DNA of 64,000 bases, from positions 2,848,001 to 2,912,000 of the forward strand of contig OY760142.1 of NCBI GenBank assembly GCA_963663225.1. The letters are read 5' to 3'. Below, in pieces: positions 21,289 through 30,403 of the stretch. Source of the stretch: Nitrospirota bacterium (GTDB lineage Bacteria > Nitrospirota > UBA9217). The number at the start of each line of letters is the position of its first letter. The first letter of the stretch is position 1. The position numbers and the translations under genes are program-made. A model generated the notes under the pieces. The model had not been told where the DNA came from. It was given only the letters and a program-made list of their open reading frames with translations, and did not search any database.

Positions 21289-21609
21289 CTACGCCCCGCC
21301 CTTTCCTCCGTCTCCTTCTAGTTTTGCAATCCTCATTGACAAGGCCTGGATGCTTTTTTCCATTTTTTCGAAGTCGCCGTGCGTGGGAATATTAAATTTT
21401 TCCAGTGCAACGGTAACAGCATCCTTGATTTTGAAATCCATATCATGCGTGCTTTGCTCGGCTTTTGCTATCCACTCTTTTAACAGCGCAGCACCTTCTG
21501 ACTTCGAAAGCTCTCCAGCTTTGATAAGTTCATCGATAAAATTCACGATTTTTTCTTGTGCTCCAACTCCTGCCAGAATGGCTTTTTTAATGGCTTCCGA
21601 AACTGTCAT
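21289..21609 (-). CDS. Phasin-like helical protein
   Basis: 'KKAILAGVGA...DELIKAGELSKSEG' and C-terminal coiled coil, typical of phasin-family ORFs next to UbiB kinases. Confidence 0.7.
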   Translation of the reverse strand: MTVSEAIKKAILAGVGAQEKIVNFIDELIKAGELSKSEGAALLKEWIAKAEQSTHDMDFKIKDAVTVALEKFNIPTHGDFEKMEKSIQALSMRIAKLEGDGGKGGA

Positions 21610-21646
21610 GTCAACCTCCCTTCAGAGATGCTTCACGACAATTCTT

Positions 21647-24295
21647 TTATCCTTTTGCGTCTTTGATAATAGTATACAGCGCTTCAAGCGCGGCGTCCAG
21701 TTTTTCGGGGTCCTTTCCTCCAGACTGTGCCATATCGGGTTTTCCGCCGCCGGTTCCTCCGAGAATTGCCGCCATGTCCTTGATGATTTTTCCGGCGTGA
21801 TATCTTGTGGTAAGGTCTTTTGATACCATGACTATCAAACTTACTTTTCCATCTTTTGAAGAACCAAGCGCAAGAATTCCGGAACCAAGTTTATCTCTGA
21901 GTTTGTCGCCAAAATCCCGTAGTTCCTTCTGCTCCAGACCGTCTATGCGTTTGGCTAATGACTTTATGCCGTCAATTTCTACTGCTCCTGCAATCACGTC
22001 ATCCGCCTGAGACGACTGCATCTTGTGCTTCAACCGTTCCAGTTCTTTTTCGGCTTCCTTAAGTTGACTCACCAGTTTTTCAACACGGGTGGTAATGTCG
22101 GCATCCGACGCCTTGAGCAGGTGGGCGATTTCCTGAATATTTCTTTCTTCTTTTTTAATTTGGAGATAAGCCCGTCTGCCGGCCAAGGCCTCGATTCTGC
22201 GCACACCGGCAGCAACACCGGATTCAGAGATTATTTTAAACAAGCCAATGTCCCCGCTTGCATGTGTATGGGTCCCTCCACAAAGCTCTTTGCTGACATC
22301 CTGAACGCTAACGACACGAACTATATCGCCGTATTTTTCATCAAACAGGGCCATGGCGCCCGAAGCAACAGCATGTTCAATATTCATCACCGCTGTCTCA
22401 ACAGGATGGTTTTCAATAATGCGCTCATTTACCAATTCTTCTATTCGCTCTTTTTCACGTTCCGTGAGAGCGGCATAATGCGTAAAATCAAACCTCAAGC
22501 GGTCAGGCGTCACCAGTGAACCTGCCTGTTTTACATGATCTCCTAAAACCGATCGCAGAACTGCATGCAGAATATGGGTCACGGTATGATGCCTGGCCGT
22601 GTCCGCACGGTCAGCGGCTTCAACTTTTGCAAGTACCGCGTCGCCGATTTTGAACGTTCCTCTTTTGATCTTCCCTTTATGAACAATAATATTCTCTACC
22701 GGCTTTACTGTATCAGAAACCTCAAACTTGGCAGCCTCACCAAGAATTTCTCCCTTGTCGCCAACCTGACCGCCCGACGCGGCATAAAAAGGAGATTGAT
22801 TAAGAATGATTTCTACTTCTTCACCCTCCTGAGCAGACTGCGTCTTCGTAGTATCCTTAATTATTGCGATTACCTCCGCATTTTCTTCGAGGGTATCGTA
22901 ACCGAGGAATATTATTTTACCAATGCTGGCCGCAAGTTCTTTATATACAGGACTTACTTTTTCATCTCCCGTCCCGATCCAGGCAGCCCGCGCTTTTTCG
23001 CGCTGTTCTTGCATGGCCTGGCGATATCCTTCCTCGTCGAGCGTCATGTGCAAGTCACGAGCCATGTCTGCCACAAGGTCGAGGGGAAAGCCGAACGTAT
23101 CATACAATTTAAACAGTAAAGGACCGGGAATTACTTTTTTGTCAGAAGCCTTGAGTTCTTCGACGGTTTGATTCAAAAGAGCAAGGCCGGAATCCAGGGT
23201 TGTTGCAAAACGTTCCTCTTCGAGAAGGACCACTTTTGCGACATGCTCCCTGGAATCGACAAGTTCGGGATACGCTTGGCGCATCTCGTCAACGATGGTG
23301 CCGATCAGTTTATACAGAAATGATGTATTGATTCCGATCAGTTTTCCATAGCGGATAGCGCGGCGGATAATTCGCCGCAACACATATCCCCTGCCTTCGT
23401 TGGAGGGCAGAACGCCGTCGGAAATAAGAAAGGTCATAGAGCGCAAATGGTCGGCTATAACCTGGTACGAGATGTCAGCCTGTTCGTCTTTATGGTATGG
23501 CACGCCGGCAAGCGCCGCGATTTGTTTGATGATGGATTGGAATAAGTCCGTTTCAAAATTGCTGCGTACACCCTGTACAACGGCGGCAAGACGTTCGAGA
23601 CCCAAACCGGTATCAATGCTCGGTTTCGGAAGCGGGGTTAGTGTGCCGGCCGAGTCACGATTATACTGCATAAACACCAGGTTCCATATTTCAAGGTACC
23701 GGTCGCAGTCGCAACCCACAGCGCAATCGTGCTTTTTGCAACCGACTTCAGGACCCTGATCTATAATAATTTCTGAACAGGGACCGCATGGTCCTGTATC
23801 GCCCATTTGCCAGAAGTTGTCTTTCTCTCCAAGCCGTACAATCCGGTTTTCAGGAACTTTTGCCACGTCCTGCCAGAGCTGAAACGCTTCATCGTCATCT
23901 TTGTAAATTGTTACCCATAGTTTTTCTTTCGGGAGTCGGACGACTGTGGTAAGAAAATCCCACGCGTAGCCAATAGCATCTTTCTTAAAATAGTTGCCGA
24001 ACGAAAAATTGCCGAGCATTTCAAAGAAGGTATGGTGCCGCGCGGTATGGCCGACGTTTTCCAAGTCATTATGCTTGCCTCCGGCACGAACGCATTTTTG
24101 ACTTGTGGTTGCACGGTTATAATCGCGTATTTCTTCGCCGAGAAATACGCTCTTGAACTGCACCATACCGGCATTGGTGAAGAGAAGCGTAGGGTCATTT
24201 TTGGGAACGAGCGAGGAACTCGGCACCACCTTATGGCCGCGTTGCGCAAAGTAGTCTAAGAACATTTTCCGTAAATCGTTTGCTTTCAAGTTCAA
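21647..24295 (-). CDS. alaS: Alanine--tRNA ligase
   Basis: 'DPTLLFTNAGMVQFK', 'HHTFFEMLGNFSFG', editing 'HTVTHILH...ELCGGTH', C-terminal 'GGGKPDMAQ'. Confidence 0.98.
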   Translation of the reverse strand: MNLKANDLRKMFLDYFAQRGHKVVPSSSLVPKNDPTLLFTNAGMVQFKSVFLGEEIRDYNRATTSQKCVRAGGKHNDLENVGHTARHHTFFEMLGNFSFGNYFKKDAIGYAWDFLTTVVRLPKEKLWVTIYKDDDEAFQLWQDVAKVPENRIVRLGEKDNFWQMGDTGPCGPCSEIIIDQGPEVGCKKHDCAVGCDCDRYLEIWNLVFMQYNRDSAGTLTPLPKPSIDTGLGLERLAAVVQGVRSNFETDLFQSIIKQIAALAGVPYHKDEQADISYQVIADHLRSMTFLISDGVLPSNEGRGYVLRRIIRRAIRYGKLIGINTSFLYKLIGTIVDEMRQAYPELVDSREHVAKVVLLEEERFATTLDSGLALLNQTVEELKASDKKVIPGPLLFKLYDTFGFPLDLVADMARDLHMTLDEEGYRQAMQEQREKARAAWIGTGDEKVSPVYKELAASIGKIIFLGYDTLEENAEVIAIIKDTTKTQSAQEGEEVEIILNQSPFYAASGGQVGDKGEILGEAAKFEVSDTVKPVENIIVHKGKIKRGTFKIGDAVLAKVEAADRADTARHHTVTHILHAVLRSVLGDHVKQAGSLVTPDRLRFDFTHYAALTEREKERIEELVNERIIENHPVETAVMNIEHAVASGAMALFDEKYGDIVRVVSVQDVSKELCGGTHTHASGDIGLFKIISESGVAAGVRRIEALAGRRAYLQIKKEERNIQEIAHLLKASDADITTRVEKLVSQLKEAEKELERLKHKMQSSQADDVIAGAVEIDGIKSLAKRIDGLEQKELRDFGDKLRDKLGSGILALGSSKDGKVSLIVMVSKDLTTRYHAGKIIKDMAAILGGTGGGKPDMAQSGGKDPEKLDAALEALYTIIKDAKG

Positions 24296-24337
24296 CTCCT
24301 TGAAAAATTGAGGTATACAAAAGACGATAGGCGTCTG

Positions 24338-24823
24338 TTAGTTAATTTTTCTCATAACCTCGGCAATAGTATCATAGGCGAATCCTTTCCGTTCGAGGAA
24401 TGCTGCTACTCGTCTGCGGGCGGACTCCCGGTCATGAATTTTTAGTGTATTCAGCTTTTTCCTTGCAGACCGCAATGCGGTCTGAAATTGTACTTCCGAC
24501 GAAAAAATCGCGGATGATGCATGGCTGATTATGTCAGCGCTGATTCCTTTTTGTTTCAGCTCCTGCCGTATTCTCCGCTCACCGAATCCTTGTAATCGGA
24601 GTCTCGAAGAAGACCATTGGAGCGCAAAAGCTTCGTCATCGATATATCCAAGTCGTATCAAATCATTGATGACGGTACAAATAACTGCCGGGTTAAATTT
24701 TTTTTCGTACAGTTTTGTTTCCAGTTCCTTACAGCTCCGTGCGCGAAAAGCAAGAAGACGATACGCAGTATTTTTAGCTCTCTGCAATTCCTTTTGGCTG
24801 TCTACGGTTTCTTCTGCTTTCAT
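24338..24823 (-). CDS. recX: RecA regulator RecX
   Basis: 'AYRLLAFRARS..EL', 'GYIDD..FA', 'FLERKGF'; position after recA/pilT. Confidence 0.9.
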   Translation of the reverse strand: MKAEETVDSQKELQRAKNTAYRLLAFRARSCKELETKLYEKKFNPAVICTVINDLIRLGYIDDEAFALQWSSSRLRLQGFGERRIRQELKQKGISADIISHASSAIFSSEVQFQTALRSARKKLNTLKIHDRESARRRVAAFLERKGFAYDTIAEVMRKIN

Positions 24824-24837
24824 TCGGCATCAGTTTA

Positions 24838-26085
24838 CTATTTATCGCCAAAACGATCTATTTTGAATTCACTGTCGGTTGAGGGCGTTTTATATTCTTT
24901 CGCTTCTTCCTGCTGCGGCGAGGGTTTGGGTGCAAAACCGGAAGACTGAGCACTACTGCCCGCTTTCCCTGTCGTTTTTCTGCGTTCATCCTCTTCCATG
25001 ACAAGATCACTGGTTGACTGGACGCCTTTTACTTTCAAGGCAAAGTCATCGGGATTGCTTGCCGTCAGTATCGCTTCTTCGTACGTGATCAGGCCTTTTT
25101 TATAAAGCATCAGGAGCGATTGATCGAAGGTCTGCATTCCATAATGAAGATGGCCTGAGCCGATGATCGTCGGGATCTGGCGTGTTTTTGCATCATCGAT
25201 GATTGCTTCTCGAACGGAAAGCGTCCCGAGCATGACCTCGACTGCCGGCACGCGGCCCTTACCGTCGGCTCTTGCAACAAGTCGTTGTGAGACAATGGCC
25301 CTGATGACGGACGCCAGCTGCATTCTCACCTGTTTCTGCTGATACGGCGGGAACACGGTGATAATACGATTGATTGTTTCTGCCGCATCGAGGGTATGGA
25401 GCGTGGAAAGCACCAAGTGGCCGGTTTCCGCAGCAGTCAGGGCGGTTGAGATGGTTTCGAAATCGCGCATTTCTCCGACAAGAATAACGTCCGGGTCCTG
25501 CCGCAGCGCGCTCCGCAAGGCATCGCTGAAGCTGAAGGTATCGGAACCGATTTCACGCTGGTTGACAATGCTTTTTTTGTCTCGATGGAGAAATTCTATG
25601 GGGTCTTCAATCGTTACAATATTGGCGGTTCGGGTGGTGTTTATATAGTCGATCATTGCCGCCAGGGTAGTTGACTTTCCGCTTCCCGTTGTTCCGGTCA
25701 CCAGAATAAGTCCACGCTGTTCACTAGCCGCTTTTTGAAGGACACCGGGCAGCATAAGGTCTTCAAAACCCAATATCTTTGCAGGAACCTGGCGAAATAC
25801 CATGCCGACACTGCCTCGTTGCTGGAAAACGTTCACCCGGAACCTGCCCAAACCAGGCACTGCATACGCCATATCAAGCTCATTCTTCTCTTTGAACTTG
25901 GCTTTCTGCACCGGGTTCATGATTCCCATTGCAACGGTAAGCACATCTTCCTGGGTGGTGCGCTTTTCAGTGTCAAGCGGCGTAAGTCTTCCGTCTATTC
26001 TCAGAACGGGAGGAACACCAACCTTAAGGTGCAGATCTGAGGCGCGTTTTTCAAATGTTATTTTAAGAAGTTCATTCAGGTTCAT
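24838..26085 (-). CDS. pilT: PilT/PilU-family type IV pilus retraction ATPase
   Basis: 'ASDLHL', Walker A 'GTTGSGKST', 'TIEDPIE', 'LRQDPDVILVGEMRD', 'AETGHLV.STLH'. Confidence 0.93.
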   Translation of the reverse strand: MNLNELLKITFEKRASDLHLKVGVPPVLRIDGRLTPLDTEKRTTQEDVLTVAMGIMNPVQKAKFKEKNELDMAYAVPGLGRFRVNVFQQRGSVGMVFRQVPAKILGFEDLMLPGVLQKAASEQRGLILVTGTTGSGKSTTLAAMIDYINTTRTANIVTIEDPIEFLHRDKKSIVNQREIGSDTFSFSDALRSALRQDPDVILVGEMRDFETISTALTAAETGHLVLSTLHTLDAAETINRIITVFPPYQQKQVRMQLASVIRAIVSQRLVARADGKGRVPAVEVMLGTLSVREAIIDDAKTRQIPTIIGSGHLHYGMQTFDQSLLMLYKKGLITYEEAILTASNPDDFALKVKGVQSTSDLVMEEDERRKTTGKAGSSAQSSGFAPKPSPQQEEAKEYKTPSTDSEFKIDRFGDK

Positions 26086-27192
26086 TTAAGCCTCCACGTG
26101 TTTATCGGCCTTTTGCCCTTTTACCGTCTTAGATGCCGTACCCGGAGAGTTCACATCAGATGCAGGCTCTTTTTCTGCTGGTGGTATATTATTTCCTGCA
26201 GGCAGACCGGCAGACTGGCGCACCTTCAGTTCAATTTCCGCAGACATATCCGGATGTTCTCGAAGGAATTGTTTGACGTTTTCGCGTCCTTGACCGATTC
26301 TCGTTCCTGCATATGAGAACCACGCACCGCTTTTCTCCACAATGTTCTTCTCGACACCCATATCGATGATTTCACCAAGTTTTGAAATCCCTTCGTTGAA
26401 CATTATATCAAATTCAGCCGCGCGAAACGGCGGGGCGATTTTGTTTTTTACCACTTTGACTTTTACTCTGCCGCCGGTAACATCGTCCCCTTCCTTAATG
26501 GCAGATATCTTGCGTATATCCAGCCTGATGGATGAGTAAAATTTAAGCGCGTTTCCACCCGTTGTGGTTTCCGGATTGCCGAACATGACCCCGATCTTCA
26601 TACGGATCTGGTTGATAAAAATGAGCGTTGTGTTTGATTTGCTGATGGCCCCGGTAAGTTTCCGGAGTGCCTGGCTCATGAGGCGCGCCTGGAGCCCCAT
26701 ATGCGCATCACCCATCTCCCCTTCTATTTCGGCCCGTGGGGTAAGCGCGGCAACGGAGTCGACAATGATAACATCAATTGCGCCGCTGCGCACAAGGGTT
26801 TCCGTTATCTCAAGAGCCTGTTCCCCGGTATCAGGTTGGGAGATAAGAAGATCATCGGTCCGGACACCAAGCTTCCGTGCATATATCACATCTAGTGCGT
26901 GTTCCGCATCAATGAATGCTGCTTGACCGCCGGCTTTTTGCGCTTCTGCAATAATGTGAAGCGCCAGTGTGGTTTTCCCGGAAGATTCCGGCCCGTAAAT
27001 TTCAATAATCCTTCCACGAGGTACTCCACCGACACCCAAAGCGATATCCAAACCGAGCGAACCGCTGGAAATGGCGGGAATTCCCGCGGGAACATCTTCT
27101 TTGCCCAAACGCATGATGGAACCTTTGCCGAATTGTTTTTCGATCTGCCCCACTGCCAATTCCAATGCTTTTAACTTTTCCTTATCAGCCAT
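26086..27192 (-). CDS. recA: Recombinase RecA
   Basis: 'GPESSGKTT', 'DAEHALD', '[13 protein letters not shown]', 'GGNALKFY'. Confidence 0.99.
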   Translation of the reverse strand: MADKEKLKALELAVGQIEKQFGKGSIMRLGKEDVPAGIPAISSGSLGLDIALGVGGVPRGRIIEIYGPESSGKTTLALHIIAEAQKAGGQAAFIDAEHALDVIYARKLGVRTDDLLISQPDTGEQALEITETLVRSGAIDVIIVDSVAALTPRAEIEGEMGDAHMGLQARLMSQALRKLTGAISKSNTTLIFINQIRMKIGVMFGNPETTTGGNALKFYSSIRLDIRKISAIKEGDDVTGGRVKVKVVKNKIAPPFRAAEFDIMFNEGISKLGEIIDMGVEKNIVEKSGAWFSYAGTRIGQGRENVKQFLREHPDMSAEIELKVRQSAGLPAGNNIPPAEKEPASDVNSPGTASKTVKGQKADKHVEA

Positions 27193-27261
27193 ACTTCATC
27201 TCCTTTCGCCGCCGCGCGGCTGTCCAGTATATGCAGAGCTCCGTAATTCTCTTTGTAACAA

Positions 27262-27819
27262 CTAGGTCAATGCCACATTGACGATTTCCGTATAGACGGC
27301 ACCTGAAGGTCTGAGATCGCTTTTCATCAAGCTTACGGCTTGAACAGAGAAATCGGGTAATTTTATATCTTTAATGCGGTTGAATTCCGAAAGCAATTCA
27401 TCCCGTGAACGCACGTTTTTTATTCGTCCAAGTGTAAGATGAGGGATAAACGGCCGGTTCTCGCGTTTAAATCCGACTTCTTCCATTGCTGATTCTATAG
27501 ATGATTGCAGCTTTAAAAGTCTCTCTGTTTCTCCGGATATGCCGATCCAGGCAACACGTGCATTTTTAAGATTCGGGAATACTCCTGCGCCGGCAACAGA
27601 GAGCCGAAATGCCGGCATGTTTTTAATCAAGCTGGCAAGGGCTGTCATAATTTCCGGCACTTTAGGCTGCGCCACTTCTCCAAGGAATTTCAGCGTCAAA
27701 TGAATGCCTTCGGGTCTTGTCCAGCCGGCCTCCACGCCCGAATATTTGAGATTGCTCTGGATCTCGGCTATGTCCTTTTTGATCTCTTCCGGTATTTCTA
27801 TAGCGATAAAAAGCCGCAT
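27262..27819 (-). CDS. thpR: RNA 2',3'-cyclic phosphodiesterase (2H family)
   Basis: 'MRLFIAI'; two HxT motifs 'HLTLKFLG' and 'PHLTLGR'. Confidence 0.93.
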   Translation of the reverse strand: MRLFIAIEIPEEIKKDIAEIQSNLKYSGVEAGWTRPEGIHLTLKFLGEVAQPKVPEIMTALASLIKNMPAFRLSVAGAGVFPNLKNARVAWIGISGETERLLKLQSSIESAMEEVGFKRENRPFIPHLTLGRIKNVRSRDELLSEFNRIKDIKLPDFSVQAVSLMKSDLRPSGAVYTEIVNVALT

Positions 27820-27855
27820 ATTGGTTTTGAATTCCGGGCTTGCTGAAAATCGGAA

Positions 27856-29091
27856 TCATCCGATAAGATATTTTCTCACCATATCCAATGCCATTTGCGA
27901 AGCGCGCATTCTGACCTGTTCTCTGTTTCCGAGAAAACGTTGTTCTGCCGTTTTTACACCGTGGGGAAATGCAAGAGCGGCATACACAAGGCCCGCAGGT
28001 TTTTTTTCGGTTCCGCCGTCCGGACCTGCGATGCCCGTGACGGACAGCCCCAGATCCGTATGTGCCGCATCACGGATGCCTTTTGCCATGGCAGCAGCCA
28101 CTTCTGCGCTTACCGCGCCGTATCGTTCAATCAATTCCATCGGAACGCCGAGCATTTCGGTTTTTGAACTATTGCTGTAAACAACGGCAGCCCGGTCAAA
28201 ATATTCAGAACTTCCCGCAATATTGGTAATCCGCCTGCTGATCAAGCCTGCGGTACAGGATTCAGCCACCGCAAGCTTCAGTCTGCGTTGCTTTAAAAGC
28301 GCTCCGACGATTTCTTCCATTTCCATACCGTCCACGCCATAGACTACGTCTCCGAGTTGTTCCCTGATAGCGGATTCGGTTTTATCAATCATCGTCTGCA
28401 CCTGTTCAATACTGGTCCCGCGCGCGATAATGCGAATGTCCACCCCTGTTGCTCGGGCCGATAAACCTACGGTCGGTTGATCGAGACGCAGAATGTTCTC
28501 GATAGCTTGATTTATTGCAGATTCGAACATGCCGCAGGTGCGAAGAATCCGACGACGAATAACCAGCCTGCTCCCAAATCGCTCCTGCAGAACCGGCTTG
28601 AGTTCTTCGTTGAACATTGTCTGCATTTCAAGGGGGACACCCGGAAGAACTGCTATGAAAGCCCCTTCTTCATCGATCAAAAAACCAGGGGCAGTTCCCG
28701 TGGAATTCGGAATGAGTTTTGCCCCGGCGGGGATCAACGCCTGGCGATCATTCGTACTCGGATATTCCCTTCCTCTTTTGGCAAAGCGCGAACGAATATC
28801 CCGGAGTGCGTCTTCATTTAAAACAAGGCGTTTCTTGGTAATCTTTGAAACTACTTTACGCGTAATGTCATCTTCAGTAGGCCCCAGTCCGCCAGTAATG
28901 ATTACCGCGTCCGTACGGCCCAAAGCCATTCGCAGAGCTTCTTCCATATCCTTTTCACTGTCACCTACGATTGTTTTGAAGGCAGTTTCAAGGCCCAAGA
29001 GTATCAATTCTTCTGACAGGTAAACAGAGTTGGTTTCTTGAATACCGCCGGACAGCAGTTCCGTTCCTGTGGCTATGATTTCAGCGCGCAT
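27856..29091 (-). CDS. cinA: Competence/damage-inducible protein CinA (MoCF domain + PncC)
   Basis: 'GTELLSG', 'TGGLGPTEDDIT', 'AESCTAG', 'TGIAGPDGG'. Confidence 0.95.
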   Translation of the reverse strand: MRAEIIATGTELLSGGIQETNSVYLSEELILLGLETAFKTIVGDSEKDMEEALRMALGRTDAVIITGGLGPTEDDITRKVVSKITKKRLVLNEDALRDIRSRFAKRGREYPSTNDRQALIPAGAKLIPNSTGTAPGFLIDEEGAFIAVLPGVPLEMQTMFNEELKPVLQERFGSRLVIRRRILRTCGMFESAINQAIENILRLDQPTVGLSARATGVDIRIIARGTSIEQVQTMIDKTESAIREQLGDVVYGVDGMEMEEIVGALLKQRRLKLAVAESCTAGLISRRITNIAGSSEYFDRAAVVYSNSSKTEMLGVPMELIERYGAVSAEVAAAMAKGIRDAAHTDLGLSVTGIAGPDGGTEKKPAGLVYAALAFPHGVKTAEQRFLGNREQVRMRASQMALDMVRKYLIG

Positions 29092-29134
29092 ACCGTAGTC
29101 CCATTTTGATTGCTATTCATTTTTCGCTCTGTTT

Positions 29135-29608
29135 TTAGTGTTTTTGCAGTATCAATAGTGCAATCTGCAAAATAATATTTGTATAGACACCTGCACCGAT
29201 ATCATCAAGCACTACTCCTACACCCCCGTGAACATCTTGAACCCGCTTCAGCGGCCATGGTTTGATAATATCGAACAAACGAAACAAAAGAAAACCGGCG
29301 ATTATAAAATCCCAGGTAGCCGGTATCATCGTCATGGAGATGAGATAACCGGCGATCTCATCTATCACAATTGACGGTGCGTCTTTTTTCCCCAGCAGCT
29401 TTTCGGCATTGCCTGCCGACCATATTCCAACAACTGTCACCATGAGGCAAACGATAAGATACCAGGGGATCGGAAGCGTATGAAAAATATAATATAAAAA
29501 AACGCCTACAACCGTACCTGCCGTACCAGGCGCCACGGGAACTTTTCCGGCATATCCACCTTCAGCAATCAGCAGGATAAGTTTTGTTTTTAACGACCGC
29601 ATCTTCAT
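29135..29608 (-). CDS. pgpA: Phosphatidylglycerophosphatase A
   Basis: 'APGTAGT', 'IVIDEIAG', 'FRLFDIIKPWP', 'GVVLDD'. Confidence 0.95.
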   Translation of the reverse strand: MKMRSLKTKLILLIAEGGYAGKVPVAPGTAGTVVGVFLYYIFHTLPIPWYLIVCLMVTVVGIWSAGNAEKLLGKKDAPSIVIDEIAGYLISMTMIPATWDFIIAGFLLFRLFDIIKPWPLKRVQDVHGGVGVVLDDIGAGVYTNIILQIALLILQKH

Positions 29609-29623
29609 ATTTTAAATAATTGT

Positions 29624-29655
29624 GTATTGTATCATTGCAATACGATACGAGTCAA
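29624..29655 (-). promoter_or_regulatory. Putative promoter of the pgpA-cinA-thpR-recA operon with overlapping inverted repeat
   Basis: Minus strand TTGACT-18nt-TACAAT with extended TG; inverted repeat GTATTGTAT-N7-ATACGATAC (8/9). Confidence 0.45.
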
Positions 29656-29701
29656 CGAAATAAGAGCCGACGAGAGGCTGTCTGGAAGCTAACCAAGAGA
29701 T

Positions 29702-30262
29702 TTATAATGCTTCATATACCCATATATTTCCATCATTTCCTGCTTCTTCCAAACGTTTTACGAGCCGTTTTTTTGAAAGGTTTAACAGCCGGGTGCCGCT
29801 CGTATTTGCCTCCAGTTTCTTTGCACGCGAAAGATCTTTCGAAGTGACTCTTTTTTTTGCTACTATGAATTCCAAGGTGTCTTTCAGATAATTGTTAAGA
29901 CTGCCCAAAACAATTCGTCGACCGGTTTTCAGCTCTGCTATAATTGATAAATTTTTGCGTTCAAGAGCCACTTCAATATTTTCCTTCTGGTTTTCGTTCA
30001 TTCCTGAAAGAAGAATATACTTGTCCCCATATTCACCACTGAGCAATCGGGAGATAAGCTTTGCCACAATTTCGTCGGCACAGGAATAATCAATGATGCC
30101 GATTTTGTCGAACGCAAGCGCAATGACCGATCCTGCCGTTTCCCCTGTCAGGTCACGTTCAATCCGTTCGCGAATTGCCTGGCCAGACGGCCTTGTTACG
30201 AGGTCTTTGGAATTATTCTTGAGTTCTTCCGTTATAAGCTTATAAAGGTCATATCTGATCAT
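29702..30262 (-). CDS. STAS-like (DUF4325-like) + C-terminal winged-HTH protein, putative transcription regulator
   Basis: 'LAFDKIGIIDYSCADEIV' resembles the STAS phospho-Ser loop; 'VTSKDLSRAKKLEANTSGTRLLNLSKKRLVKR...WVY' resembles a wHTH with wing. Confidence 0.7.
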   Translation of the reverse strand: MIRYDLYKLITEELKNNSKDLVTRPSGQAIRERIERDLTGETAGSVIALAFDKIGIIDYSCADEIVAKLISRLLSGEYGDKYILLSGMNENQKENIEVALERKNLSIIAELKTGRRIVLGSLNNYLKDTLEFIVAKKRVTSKDLSRAKKLEANTSGTRLLNLSKKRLVKRLEEAGNDGNIWVYEAL

Positions 30263-30289
30263 GGATAAGGGTGAAGTTATATACAGAGC

Positions 30290-30343
30290 AGTAAAATATG
30301 GTTCAATTGAATCAATTGAACCATATTTTACTTATATTGTCAA
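30290..30343 (-). promoter_or_regulatory. Promoter with perfect 43-bp palindromic operator
   Basis: AGTAAAATATGGTTCAATTGA-A-TCAATTGAACCATATTTTACT (30290-30332) covers the extended -10 (TGG-TTCAAT), 17 nt from TTGACA (30343-30338). Confidence 0.7.
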
Positions 30344-30403
30344 GAGAAAAGAATGAACATGGTAAAGTGGATTTAACGGTTTGGCTGTTTAAATCAAAAC
30401 TTT

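Noticed and set aside
27220-27236. E. coli-type LexA box upstream of recA
   Set aside because: CTG...CAG spacing is 11 nt, not 10
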